A DNA stretch of 64,000 nucleotides, from assembly GCA_966210615.1 (NCBI GenBank), contig CBIHLT010000003.1, positions 9-64,008 on the forward strand, given 5' to 3'. Made by a program: the position numbers and the translations under genes. Within the stretch, counting starts at the first letter, position 1, and each line of letters begins with the position of its first letter. Shown here piece after piece: positions 24,432-33,968 of this stretch. Under the pieces are notes generated by a model, which had not been told where the DNA came from, ran no database searches, and worked only from the letters and a program-made list of their open reading frames with translations. Source of the stretch: an uncultured Massilia sp. (lineage in GTDB: Bacteria > Pseudomonadota > Gammaproteobacteria > Burkholderiales > Burkholderiaceae_D).

Positions 24432-25769
24432 TTAGGTATTCCCTTTGACCGGTGCGGCCTTGTCGGTGACGAACAGGGTCAGCACGGCCGCGACCAGCAT
24501 GCAGGCGCCGCCCAGCATCAGGGTCTTGACGGTGTGGCCGGCGAAGAAATGCTTGGTGACGAAGCCCAGCAGCAGGCCGCTGACGATCTGGGGAATCACG
24601 ACGAAGAAGTTGAACAGGCCCATGAAATAACCCATGCGCTTGGCCGGCAGCGAGCCCGCCAGGATCGCGTAGGGCATGGTCAGGATCGAGGCCCAGGCCA
24701 GGCCGACGCCGATCATCGGGATCATCAGCGCCTGCTTGTCGTGGATCAGGAACACGCTGGCCAGGCTCAGGCCGCCGATCGCCAGGCACACGGCGTGCAC
24801 GGTCTTGCGGCTGGTGGCGCGGGCGAACACCGGCAGGATGAAGGCGGCCAGGGCCGACACGCCGCTGTAGACGGCGAACATGATGCCGACCCAGCTGCCG
24901 GCGTCCTGGTAGGCGGTCGACTGGGCGTCGGTGGTGCCGTAGACGTTGTCGGCGATGGCGCTGCCGGTGTAGATCCACATCGCGAACAGCGCGATCCAGG
25001 TGAAGAACTGCACGAAGGCCAGTTGCACCATGGTGCGCGGCATCTTGCCGAAGCCGCCGATGATCTCGGTGAAGGCGTGGCCGACGCCGCGCGACTGCTG
25101 GCGCTCCTTGCGGAAGCTGTCCAGGTCGGCCGGCGGCAGTTCGTCGGCGGTCAGCACGGTCCAGGTCACGGCCAGGAAGAATACGGCGCCGCCCGCGTAG
25201 AACGAATAGCGCACGGTGTCCGGGATCATGCCGTTCACGGCGGCGTTCGAGACGCCCATCGATTCGAAGATGGTCGGCAGCAGCGAAGCGATCACCGCGC
25301 CGCAGCCGATGAAGAAGGTCTGCATCGCATAGCCCGCGGTTTGCTGCGAGGCGTCGAGCTTGTCGCCCACGAAGGCGCGGAAGGGTTCCATCGACACGTT
25401 GATGGCGGCGTCCATCAGCCACAGCACCGCCACGGCCATCCACAGGGTGGCGGAATTCGGCATCAGGAACAGCGCGATCGCGGCCAGCACGGCGCCGATG
25501 AAGAAGAAGGGACGGCGGCGGCCCCATTTCGGGTGCCAGGTGTTGTCGCTCAGGTAGCCGATGATGGGCTGCACCAGCAGGCCGGTGACCGGCGCGGCCA
25601 GCCAGAACAGGGCCAGGTCGTCGGGGTTGGCGCCGAGCGTCGCGAAGATGCGGCTGGTATTGGCATTCTGCAGCGCGAAGCCGAACTGGATGCCGAAGAA
25701 GCCGAAGCTCATGTTCCACAGCTGCCAGAACGACAGGCGCGGCTTGAGCACGCTGGTTTGCATGTCCAT
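24432..25769 (-). CDS. MFS maltose/sugar transporter (GPH/SUC-like)
   Basis: KPRLSFWQLWNMSFGFFGIQFGFALQ, VQPIIGYLSD, GRRRPF, GWASILxxPY-like, MGLFNFF.IPQ. Start trimmed to ATG 25769. Confidence 0.93.
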   Translation of the reverse strand: MDMQTSVLKPRLSFWQLWNMSFGFFGIQFGFALQNANTSRIFATLGANPDDLALFWLAAPVTGLLVQPIIGYLSDNTWHPKWGRRRPFFFIGAVLAAIALFLMPNSATLWMAVAVLWLMDAAINVSMEPFRAFVGDKLDASQQTAGYAMQTFFIGCGAVIASLLPTIFESMGVSNAAVNGMIPDTVRYSFYAGGAVFFLAVTWTVLTADELPPADLDSFRKERQQSRGVGHAFTEIIGGFGKMPRTMVQLAFVQFFTWIALFAMWIYTGSAIADNVYGTTDAQSTAYQDAGSWVGIMFAVYSGVSALAAFILPVFARATSRKTVHAVCLAIGGLSLASVFLIHDKQALMIPMIGVGLAWASILTMPYAILAGSLPAKRMGYFMGLFNFFVVIPQIVSGLLLGFVTKHFFAGHTVKTLMLGGACMLVAAVLTLFVTDKAAPVKGNT

Positions 25770-25866
25770 GTGTGTCCCCAATCTGGCCCGCAACGGGTGC
25801 AGGCTCTCCTCTAGGTGGTGCGGTAGGTGGTGGGCCGGCTTCAAACTACAGTCCGGCTAGCGTATC

Positions 25867-25971
25867 TGTAGCAAAATAACATGGTGATTTCTGAGTGTCA
25901 ATCGAAGAGTCTCCATAGTAGAATTGGCGCTACACCGATGCCTTTATGCACATCTGTGTAGTTAAACAACA
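25867..25971. promoter_or_regulatory. Two degenerate TGTAGT-N3-ACTACA palindromes in the MFS/esterase divergent region
   Basis: TGTAGC-AAA-ATAACA (25867-25881) and TGTAGT-TAA-ACAACA (25957-25971). Confidence 0.55.
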
Positions 25972-25999
25972 CAAGAACATCTACCTTTGGAGACAACGC

Positions 26000-26899
26000 A
26001 TGCGATCCATCCGCACCATTGCCGTCCCGCTGGGCCTGGCCATCCTGGCCGCCTCCTCCACCGCCCTCGCCGCCGACAAGCCTGAACCCGCCAAGGTCTC
26101 GACCGCCCTGCCCGGCGTGAGCCTGCTGGCCGACCAGCTCGAGATGCCGGGCCTGAACCGCAAGCGCCAGATCCGCATGTACCTGCCGCCGGGCTACGCG
26201 GGCTCCGGCAAGCGCTACCCCGTACTCTACATGCACGACGGGCAGAACCTGTTCGACACCGCGACCGCCTACGCGGGCGAGTGGAAAGTGGACGAGACCC
26301 TGGACGCGCTGGCGAAGGAAGGCAAGCTGGAACTGATCGTGGTCGGCATCGACAACGGCCAGGACAAGCGCATGACCGAGCTGAATGCCTGGACCAACCC
26401 GCGCTTCGGCGCGGCGGAAGGCAAGGAGTACACGGACTTCGTGGTCAAGACGCTCAAGCCGCTGATCGACAAGACCTACCGCACCCTGCCGGACCGCGCC
26501 AACACCGCGATCATGGGCAGCTCGATGGGCGGGCTGGCCTCGCACTACGCGCTGGTGCAGTATCCGCAAGTGTTCAGCAAGGCGGGCGTGTTCTCGCCGG
26601 CCTACTGGACGGCCCAGCCTTCGTTCGACTTCGTGGCCAGGAAGCCGGTGCCGAAGGATGCGCGCGTGTTCCTGCTGATGGGCGAGAAGGAAGGTCCGGA
26701 GATGGTGGATGACGTCAAGCGCATGGCGGACGTGGTGCGCAAGAGCGGGCATCCGGCGGCGAACACGGTGCTCAAGATCGTGCCGGGGGCGGAACACAAC
26801 GAGAAGTTCTGGGCGGGCGAGTTGCGCGAGGCGCTGTTGTGGATGTTTACCACGGGCGACACCAAGGTCGCGAGTGGCAAGGTCGCGAAAAGCAAATAA
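26000..26899 (+). CDS. Exported alpha/beta-hydrolase esterase (CE1-like)
   Basis: Signal peptide, YPVLYMHDGQNLF, GSSMGG nucleophile elbow, AEHNE. GGAGA RBS before ATG 26000. Confidence 0.9.
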   Translation: MRSIRTIAVPLGLAILAASSTALAADKPEPAKVSTALPGVSLLADQLEMPGLNRKRQIRMYLPPGYAGSGKRYPVLYMHDGQNLFDTATAYAGEWKVDETLDALAKEGKLELIVVGIDNGQDKRMTELNAWTNPRFGAAEGKEYTDFVVKTLKPLIDKTYRTLPDRANTAIMGSSMGGLASHYALVQYPQVFSKAGVFSPAYWTAQPSFDFVARKPVPKDARVFLLMGEKEGPEMVDDVKRMADVVRKSGHPAANTVLKIVPGAEHNEKFWAGELREALLWMFTTGDTKVASGKVAKSK

Positions 26900-26923
26900 C
26901 GCTATTTCAATCCGCACCCCGTA

Positions 26924-26953
26924 ACGTCGTTCCAGCGAAGGCCGGAACGACGT
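26924..26953. repeat. REP-like palindrome between the convergent esterase and deaD genes
   Basis: ACGTCGTTCCAGCGAAGGCCGGAACGACGT, with the same GCGAAGGC core as 18870-18973. Confidence 0.6.
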
Positions 26954-26967
26954 GCAGAGGTCGCGGA

Positions 26968-28758
26968 TTACTGCTGGCTGTTGCCCTTACGGTGAGGTTT
27001 CTTCCCCGCCGGCTTCTCGGCCAGGCGGCGCTCCACACCCTTCTTCGAAAAACTCTTCTTCGGCGCAGCCGCCGGCGCCTCTTCACCATCGCGCGTGATC
27101 TCGAGCTGGCGCCCCGCCACCCACACGCCCTTGAGGTGCTGCACCAGTTCCGGCGTCATGTCGTCCGGCAGGTCCAGGGTCGAGTAATCGTCATAGATCT
27201 CGATGCGTCCGATCAGCTTGGACGGAATGCCCGCCTCGTTGGCGATCGCGCCCACGATGTTGCCCGGCTTGGCGCCATGCGCGTAGCCGACTTCGATGCG
27301 ATAGGTCGCCATGCCCGGCTCCGCCTCGCGCGCGACGCGCTCCTTCTTGAAGCCCGGCTCGCGCGCAGGACGCGCGGGGCGCTCTTCCCATTCGCGCCCG
27401 GCGCGCTCGGCCTGTTGCGGACGCGCTTCGCGGTCCGGCTTTTCCAGCAACAGCGGCTCGTCGCCGCGCACCAGCTTGGCCAGCGCCGCGGCGATGTCCG
27501 CCGCCGGCACGTTGTCCTCGCGCTCGATGTCCTCGATCAGCGAACGGAACACGTCCAGGCCGCCCTCGGCCAGGGTGGTGCGGATCTGGTCCTTGAACCT
27601 GGCGATGCGCACCTCGTTCACCTGCTTCACGGTCGGCAGCGCGAGCGGCGCCACCGGCTGGCGGGTGGCGCGCTCGATGGCCTTGAGCAGGCCGCGCTCG
27701 CGCGGGGTGATGAACAGGATCGCGTCGCCGCTGCGTCCCGCGCGGCCGGTGCGGCCGATGCGGTGGGTGTAGCTCTCGGGGTCGGACGGCACGTCGTAGT
27801 TGATCACGTGGCTGATGCGTTCCACGTCCAGGCCGCGCGCGGCCACGTCGGTGGCCACCAGGATGTCGATCTTGCCGTTCTTGAGCTGCTCGATGGTGCG
27901 CTCGCGCTGCTGCTGCGCCATGTCGCCGTTGATGGCGGTGGCGGCGAAGCCGCGCGCCTGCAGCTTGGACGCCAGCTCCTCGGTGCCCAGCTTGGTGCGC
28001 GCGAAGATGATCATGCCGTCGAAAGGCTCGGCTTCCAGGATGCGGGTCAGCGCGTCGAGCTTGTGCATGCCGGCCACCAGCCAGTAGCGCTGGGTGATGT
28101 TCTCGGCGGTGCCGGTCTTGGCGGCCACGGTCACTTCGGCCGGGTCGCGCAGGTAGGTCTTGGCGATACGCTTGATCGCCGGCGGCATGGTGGCCGAGAA
28201 CAGCGTGGTCTGGCGCTCGGCCGGGGTCTGCTGCAGGATGTGCTCGACGTCGTCGATGAAGCCCATGCGCAGCATCTCGTCGGCCTCGTCCAGCACCAGG
28301 GTCTTGAGCTGGCTGAGGTCGAGCGAGCCTTTTTCGATGTGGTCGATCACGCGGCCCGGGGTGGCCACGACCACATGCACGCCGCGGCGCAATGCCGACA
28401 GCTGCGGGCCGTAGCTCTGGCCGCCGTAGATCGGCAGCACGTGGAAGCCCTTGATGTGGGCGGCATAGCTCTGGAAGGCTTCCGCGACCTGGATCGCCAG
28501 CTCGCGCGTGGGCGCCAGCACCAGCGCCTGCGGCGTGGCCTGCTTGATGTCGATGCGCGACAGGATAGGCAGCGCGAAGGCCGCGGTCTTGCCGGTGCCG
28601 GTCTGGGCCTGCCCGAGCACGTCGCGGTTGGCCAGCAGCAGCGGGATGGTGGCGGCCTGGATCGGCGACGGCGTCTCGTAGCCGACCTCCTTCAGCGCCT
28701 TCAGGACGGGCGCGGAGATGTTGAGATCGGAAAACGTCGGGAGGGGGGTGTCGGACAT
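26968..28758 (-). CDS. deaD: DEAD-box RNA helicase DeaD/CsdA
   Basis: AQTGTGKT, PTRELA, DEAD, SAT, HRIGRTGR and a C-terminal DbpA-type RNA-binding domain (GNIVGAIANE). Confidence 0.96.
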   Translation of the reverse strand: MSDTPLPTFSDLNISAPVLKALKEVGYETPSPIQAATIPLLLANRDVLGQAQTGTGKTAAFALPILSRIDIKQATPQALVLAPTRELAIQVAEAFQSYAAHIKGFHVLPIYGGQSYGPQLSALRRGVHVVVATPGRVIDHIEKGSLDLSQLKTLVLDEADEMLRMGFIDDVEHILQQTPAERQTTLFSATMPPAIKRIAKTYLRDPAEVTVAAKTGTAENITQRYWLVAGMHKLDALTRILEAEPFDGMIIFARTKLGTEELASKLQARGFAATAINGDMAQQQRERTIEQLKNGKIDILVATDVAARGLDVERISHVINYDVPSDPESYTHRIGRTGRAGRSGDAILFITPRERGLLKAIERATRQPVAPLALPTVKQVNEVRIARFKDQIRTTLAEGGLDVFRSLIEDIEREDNVPAADIAAALAKLVRGDEPLLLEKPDREARPQQAERAGREWEERPARPAREPGFKKERVAREAEPGMATYRIEVGYAHGAKPGNIVGAIANEAGIPSKLIGRIEIYDDYSTLDLPDDMTPELVQHLKGVWVAGRQLEITRDGEEAPAAAPKKSFSKKGVERRLAEKPAGKKPHRKGNSQQ

Positions 28759-28902
28759 GGGGGTCTTTCTTGAACTTTTTGCTAAAGCGGTAGTTTACTC
28801 GCTCCCGGGGATGGACGCCGGGACAATTTGGAATGGGGTGTTGGGTGTGCTCTGCGGCAACACAATCGAAAACTGTGGGGTGTGCCGGAAAACCACGAAC
28901 AC

Positions 28903-28933
28903 AAAAAGAACGGCCGCCCCAAGGCGGCCGTTC
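28903..28933 (-). terminator. Terminator after the halogenase gene
   Basis: GAACGGCCGCC-CCAA-GGCGGCCGTTC with a T5 tail on the minus strand. Confidence 0.8.
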
Positions 28934-28954
28934 CAACTCAGCACTCGAAAGCGC

Positions 28955-30466
28955 TTACATCTTCTTCGCCGCACACATCTTCCTGATGTACTCGTCATGC
29001 GTCGGCATCACTCCCACGCACTTGGCGATCACATCGCGCACGCTCTCGAGGTACTCGGCGATATCCTCCTCCGCCTGCGTATCGACCAGCGGATGGTAGC
29101 TGTCGAGCGGCATGTTCTGGCCTTCGAACACCTGCACCCAGCCCACTTCCGAGAACAGCTCGTTGTCGACCCGCACCACGCGCCCATGTGCGCGGTACAT
29201 GTCCATCTTGTGGCGCAAGCTGTCCGGGATGGCCATGTTGGCGCACTCGACCCAGTACGGCGCGTCGGTGCGCTGGTTCAGGTGGTAGTGCAGGATGATG
29301 AAGTCGCGGATGCGCTCGTAGTCGAAGCGCGACTGGCGGTTGTACTCGTCGCGGTCGACGGCGCTCCAGCCGCGGTCCGGGAAGAAGTCGATCAGGCGCT
29401 GGATGCCCGACTGGATCAGGTGGATGCTGGTCGACTCGAGCGGCTCCAGGAAGCCGCTGGCCAGGCCGAGCGCCACCACGTTGCGGTTCCAGGCGAGCTT
29501 GCGCATGCCGGTCTGGAACTTGATCAGGCGCGGGTCGGCCAGGGCCTTGCCGTCCAGGTTGGCCAGCAGGGTCGCGGCGGCTTCGTCGTCGCTGATGAAG
29601 CGGCTGCAGTACACGTGGCCGTTGCCGGTGCGGTGCTGCAGCGGGATGCGCCATTGCCAGCCCGCCGTGTGCGCGGTCGAGCGCGTGTACGGAGTGATCG
29701 CGGGCGCCGATTCGCAAGGCACGGCCAGCGCGCGGTCGGCCGGCAGCCAGCGAGTCCAGTCCTCGTAGCCGGTCTCCAGGGTCTGCTCGATCAGCAGGCC
29801 GCGGAAGCCCGAGCAGTCGATGAACAGCTCCCCTTCCACCCGCGTGCCGTTCTCCAGCTCCACCGCGTCGATGTGGCCGTCCGGCTCGCGCATGGTGGCG
29901 CGCTTGATCTTGCCCTCGATGCGGACCACGCCGCGCGACTCGGACAGCTTGCGCAGGTATTTCGCGTACAGGCTGGCGTCGAAGTGGTAGGCGTAGGTGA
30001 TGTCGCGCAGCGGCGAGTTCGGCACGTCGAAGCGCGCCGGCATGAAGCGGTTGGCGTTGGCGGCCATGCGCGTGATCGAGTATTCCCCGAGCGGCGCGGC
30101 CTTGCCGAGGCGGCGCATCTTGTGCCAGTACTGGTCGAAGGGCACCGTCGCCAGGTCCTGGCCCAGGCGCCCGAAGCCGTGCATGTAGCGGTCGCCCAGC
30201 TTGCCCCAGTTGACGAACTCGATGCCCAGCTTGAAGCTGCCCATCGTCTCGCGCATGAATTCGTTCTCGTCGATCCCGACCACGCGGTTGAAGCGCTGGA
30301 TCATCGGGATAGTGGCCTCGCCGACGCCGACGATGCCGATTTCGTCCGACTCGACCAGGCGGATGTTGTAGCGGCCATTCAGGACCGTGGATAAGGCCGC
30401 CGCGGTCATCCAGCCGGCGGTGCCGCCGCCGACGATGACGATGTCCTTGATTGGTTCGTTCTGCAT
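28955..30466 (-). CDS. Tryptophan-halogenase-family flavin-dependent halogenase
   Basis: GGGTAGW (FAD), GVGEATIP, FKLGI (catalytic Lys), WQWRIP, FLEPLEST. Confidence 0.93.
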   Translation of the reverse strand: MQNEPIKDIVIVGGGTAGWMTAAALSTVLNGRYNIRLVESDEIGIVGVGEATIPMIQRFNRVVGIDENEFMRETMGSFKLGIEFVNWGKLGDRYMHGFGRLGQDLATVPFDQYWHKMRRLGKAAPLGEYSITRMAANANRFMPARFDVPNSPLRDITYAYHFDASLYAKYLRKLSESRGVVRIEGKIKRATMREPDGHIDAVELENGTRVEGELFIDCSGFRGLLIEQTLETGYEDWTRWLPADRALAVPCESAPAITPYTRSTAHTAGWQWRIPLQHRTGNGHVYCSRFISDDEAAATLLANLDGKALADPRLIKFQTGMRKLAWNRNVVALGLASGFLEPLESTSIHLIQSGIQRLIDFFPDRGWSAVDRDEYNRQSRFDYERIRDFIILHYHLNQRTDAPYWVECANMAIPDSLRHKMDMYRAHGRVVRVDNELFSEVGWVQVFEGQNMPLDSYHPLVDTQAEEDIAEYLESVRDVIAKCVGVMPTHDEYIRKMCAAKKM

Positions 30467-30486
30467 TTTCCTGCCCCAGGATTCAA

Positions 30487-30528
30487 GAAAAACAACCCCT
30501 GGCAGGCGCGAGCCCGGCAGGGGTTGTT
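30487..30528 (-). terminator. Terminator-like hairpin between the TBDR and halogenase genes
   Basis: AACAACCCCTG...CAGGGGTTGTT followed on the minus strand by TTTTT. Confidence 0.6.
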
Positions 30529-30545
30529 ACTGTACCGCGTTTAGC

Positions 30546-33434
30546 TTAGAACTTGTAGTTCACGCCGAAGTGGTAGGTACGGCCGTAATCCACACGGTTG
30601 GTCGGCTTGTCCGGATTGTCGGTGTACTCCAGGAACGGTGCGTTGTTCCAGTTCTGGGCCTGGACATACAGGCTTGCGCCCTTCAGCCAGCCGGTCTGGA
30701 ACTCGTACGATGCCTGCAGGTCGACGATGGTCTCGCCCTTGATGAAGGTCAGCTGCGCGTTGTCCTGGTAGTCCGACACCTGGCCCAGGAAGTTCGAACG
30801 CTTGCGCGCCGCGGCGGCGATCTGGAAGCCGTTCTTCTCGTAGTACAGGCGCAGGTTGGTCACCTTGCGCGACAGACCCGGCAGCGGGATGCTGACCATG
30901 TCGCCGTTCACGTTCTCGAAGCCGATTTCCGGCAGGTCGATGCCGCTGCGGGTATCCGAGTGGTTGACCATGATGCCGAAGCCGTCCAGGTACTTGGTCA
31001 GCATCTCGAACGGCACGTTCACAGCCAGCTCGTAACCGTAGATGTTGCCGCCGTCGCCGTTCATCGGCTGGGTCATCAGGCCCATGGTCGAGCCATTGAA
31101 CGGGCCGCCCACCGGCAGCGGGGTGGTCGGGGTCACGAACGGACCGAAGTCATACGCACGCGGAGCGCGGTAGATGTAGGTGTCGAGCTTCTTGTAGAAA
31201 CCTGCGGCGCTGATGTAGCCCTTCTTGCCGAAGTACTTCTCGTACGACAGGTCGAGCTGCTTGGCGCGGAACGGCTTCAGGAACGGGTTGCCGCCGCTGC
31301 CGTTCAGGATCTGGAACGGGCCCGCGGTGTTCAGCGCGAAGTTCTGGCCGGCGCGCAGGTCGTCCAGGTTCGGACGCGAAACCACCTTGGCCAGGCCGAG
31401 GCGCAGCACCTGGTCGTTCTTCAGGTCGAACGACAGGTTCATGCTCGGCAGCACATCCCAGTACTTGTCGGTTTCTTCGACGCGCTGGGCCGGGCAGGTG
31501 GCCGCGGTGTTGCCGGTGCAGCGTGCGCGGTCGATGGCATAGCCGCCGCCGGTCTGCTCGGTATGGATCGCCTGGATGCCGACGTTGCCGCGGTATGCCA
31601 GACCAAACAGCTCGCCTTCGACATCGCCCTTGAAGTAAGCGGTGTTGATGCGTTCCTTCACATCCCAGAACTTGTTGTAGATGTCGGCGTCGACCTTGTT
31701 GGCCAGCTCATAGATGGTGCCGAGCGAGCCGCGCGGGTCCCACGACGCGACCATGATGCCCGAGCTGCCGGCCATGGTGGTGCCTTCGCCCGGCATGGTG
31801 GCTGCGCCGAACGGATCGCCGCCCTTGATCACCAGGCGGCCTTCGTCGCCCGAACGCGACTTGTCGCGTGCGCTGTGGTTGAAGCCGTAGGTGGTGCGCA
31901 CCATCGGGCCCCACTCGACGTCGCGCGCAGCCGACAGGCGCACGGCCTTGACTTCATCTTCCACGTACGGCATGGCCAGGTAGCCGGCCTGCGGCGACGA
32001 GACGCCACCCGACCAGCCCATCACGTCGGTCAGGCGCGCGACGTTGCGGTCGGCGTAGTTCATGCCCGGGGTGTACTTCACGTCGGTGAAGTTGGCGCCG
32101 TCGAAGCCGCTGTAGCTGATGGTGTCCTTGGCGGCGTTGCCCGGGATACCGGCGTAGGTTTCGTAGCGCGAAGCCTGCTTGGTGGCCTTCGACCAGTTCA
32201 GGTCGGCCGCGGTGGTCCAGTCGCCGATCTTCAGCTCGTTGTTCCAGCCGATGCTCTTCAGGTCGTCTTCCGCGCCTTCGGAGTGGTTACGCACCACGCC
32301 GACCCAGTTGGTGATGGTGGCGCTGGTAGCGACGCCGTTGTTGATGACGTAGTTGGTCATCACGCCATTCGGGTCGTAGGCACCGGCGCTGTTGCCGCCG
32401 ACGGCCGCTTCGATACCGGTCTTCTTCTGGGCGGTTTCGCCGGCCGAGTAGAACATGTCGACGGTCGACTTGAAGTTGCGGTTCGGACGGAACTGCAGCG
32501 AGGCAAAGGCGCCGTCGCGCTCATGGCTGTTGACTTCCGTGTCGAAGCCGAAGCCGCCCGGCGTCTTGACCGTGGCGGCCGGGTTGGCCGGATCGCGCGG
32601 ATCCTGGAAGTCGGCGGCCCAGCCGCCCCACGAGTTGAACTTCGACTGGGCGCCGCCGGTTTCCTCGTAGGAGGTCACGCCGAAGGCCACGCCGATGGTG
32701 CGGTTCGCGAACTGGTCGATGTACGAGAAGGACAGACGCTTGCCGTCGCCTTCCGGCAGGCCGTCGCGCTGTTTCACGCCGAGGCGGCTCTTCTTGTAGT
32801 TGGCGGCGATGACGCGCTTGCCGAAGTCGAGCGGCTGGACGGTGCGCAGGTCGATGGTCGATGCCAGGCCCTGGCCGACGACAGCGGCGTCCGGGGTCTT
32901 GTAGATGACGATGGAACCCATCAGCTCGGCCGGGAACAGGTCGAACTCAGGCGAACGGGCGTTGCCGGTCGAGGCCATTTCGCGGCCGTTCAGCAGGGTG
33001 CCGTTGAAGCTCGGCGACAGGCCGCGCACCGAGATGTCGGCGGCCTTGCCCGAGTTGCGGCCGCGCTGGACCGACACGCCCGGCAGGCGCGAGATCGACT
33101 CGGCGACGCTCTGGTCAGGCAGTTTGCCGATGTCTTCGGCCGAAATGGCTTCGACGATCGAGCTGGAATTCTTCTTGATGGAGATGGCCGCTTCGATACC
33201 CTGGCGGATACCGGTCACGGTCACGGTCGATACACCTTTTGCAACCGGCTCGGCCGGAGCTGCCTGGTCGACAACCGGAGCGGCTGCGGGGGCGGTGTTG
33301 GTGGTGCCGGTGGTCTCTTGTGCGTAAACACTGCCCGCGAGCGCGGACAAGAATACGGCGCAGCCGGCGGCTACCGGGCTGAGCTGGAATGCGGAGCGGG
33401 CCTGTGCGGCACGCTTGGTTGCGAAAATCTTCAT
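30546..33434 (-). CDS. TonB-dependent receptor (probable maltodextrin importer)
   Basis: Signal peptide, TonB box (STVTVTGIR), plug (SAEDIGKLPD.SVAESISRLPGV), C-terminal YKF. Substrate inferred from context. Confidence 0.95.
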   Translation of the reverse strand: MKIFATKRAAQARSAFQLSPVAAGCAVFLSALAGSVYAQETTGTTNTAPAAAPVVDQAAPAEPVAKGVSTVTVTGIRQGIEAAISIKKNSSSIVEAISAEDIGKLPDQSVAESISRLPGVSVQRGRNSGKAADISVRGLSPSFNGTLLNGREMASTGNARSPEFDLFPAELMGSIVIYKTPDAAVVGQGLASTIDLRTVQPLDFGKRVIAANYKKSRLGVKQRDGLPEGDGKRLSFSYIDQFANRTIGVAFGVTSYEETGGAQSKFNSWGGWAADFQDPRDPANPAATVKTPGGFGFDTEVNSHERDGAFASLQFRPNRNFKSTVDMFYSAGETAQKKTGIEAAVGGNSAGAYDPNGVMTNYVINNGVATSATITNWVGVVRNHSEGAEDDLKSIGWNNELKIGDWTTAADLNWSKATKQASRYETYAGIPGNAAKDTISYSGFDGANFTDVKYTPGMNYADRNVARLTDVMGWSGGVSSPQAGYLAMPYVEDEVKAVRLSAARDVEWGPMVRTTYGFNHSARDKSRSGDEGRLVIKGGDPFGAATMPGEGTTMAGSSGIMVASWDPRGSLGTIYELANKVDADIYNKFWDVKERINTAYFKGDVEGELFGLAYRGNVGIQAIHTEQTGGGYAIDRARCTGNTAATCPAQRVEETDKYWDVLPSMNLSFDLKNDQVLRLGLAKVVSRPNLDDLRAGQNFALNTAGPFQILNGSGGNPFLKPFRAKQLDLSYEKYFGKKGYISAAGFYKKLDTYIYRAPRAYDFGPFVTPTTPLPVGGPFNGSTMGLMTQPMNGDGGNIYGYELAVNVPFEMLTKYLDGFGIMVNHSDTRSGIDLPEIGFENVNGDMVSIPLPGLSRKVTNLRLYYEKNGFQIAAAARKRSNFLGQVSDYQDNAQLTFIKGETIVDLQASYEFQTGWLKGASLYVQAQNWNNAPFLEYTDNPDKPTNRVDYGRTYHFGVNYKF

Positions 33435-33542
33435 TGTCCCCTCACTGATCAGAACCAATAATTTTTTTCCCGAAACTACAGCGCGACAGTTACCAGCACG
33501 GCAGCCTCAAGCAAACGGCTTTGGTCGTTCTGATAATGATTG

Positions 33543-33930
33543 TGTATTAAAACTAGATGCACTGTCAACGGGAGTTGCTTGTTACTACGATATTGGCATG
33601 TTTTTCAAAAATACGCCCGAAAATAGGGGGCTGGTCGTTGTATTTGGGCTACAACGGCGCATACAGACACCTGTAGTACGACTACAAACGCCCAATTTAA
33701 TTTCATTTTGTTATTTTTTTGCACTGCCTTGGTGCATCTGTTTCGTTTCAAGTCGTAAACAAGCGTGCTCCGGCGCGGCTTTTTCGATAGCGTGATGTAC
33801 TTTGACTAGATTTTCTTGCAAGCGGCCGTTTTGAGCCTGCCCCGGTTCTATAGTATTCTCATGGCAACACAACAACGCGCGGCTCTCTGTACCCTTTCTT
33901 CGCCTGGCCTGCGGTTGTAGTCTGACTACC
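33543..33930. promoter_or_regulatory. Cluster of TGTAGT-N3-ACTACA palindromic operators in the TBDR/cyclomaltodextrinase divergent promoter
   Basis: Perfect TGTAGTACGACTACA (33672-33686), TGTAGTCTGACTACC (33916-33930), TGTATTTGGGCTACA (33639-33653), TGTATTAAAACTAGA (33543-33557). Confidence 0.75.
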
Positions 33931-33968
33931 GAAAACGGGCGGCGTAGCGGGATGGAAGCCCATCCATC

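Noticed and set aside
30387-33461. 1024-aa plus-strand ORF (and 35747-38797 on minus)
   Set aside because: Antisense to the TBDR and to the six-hairpin glycosidase respectively; no independent evidence of coding.
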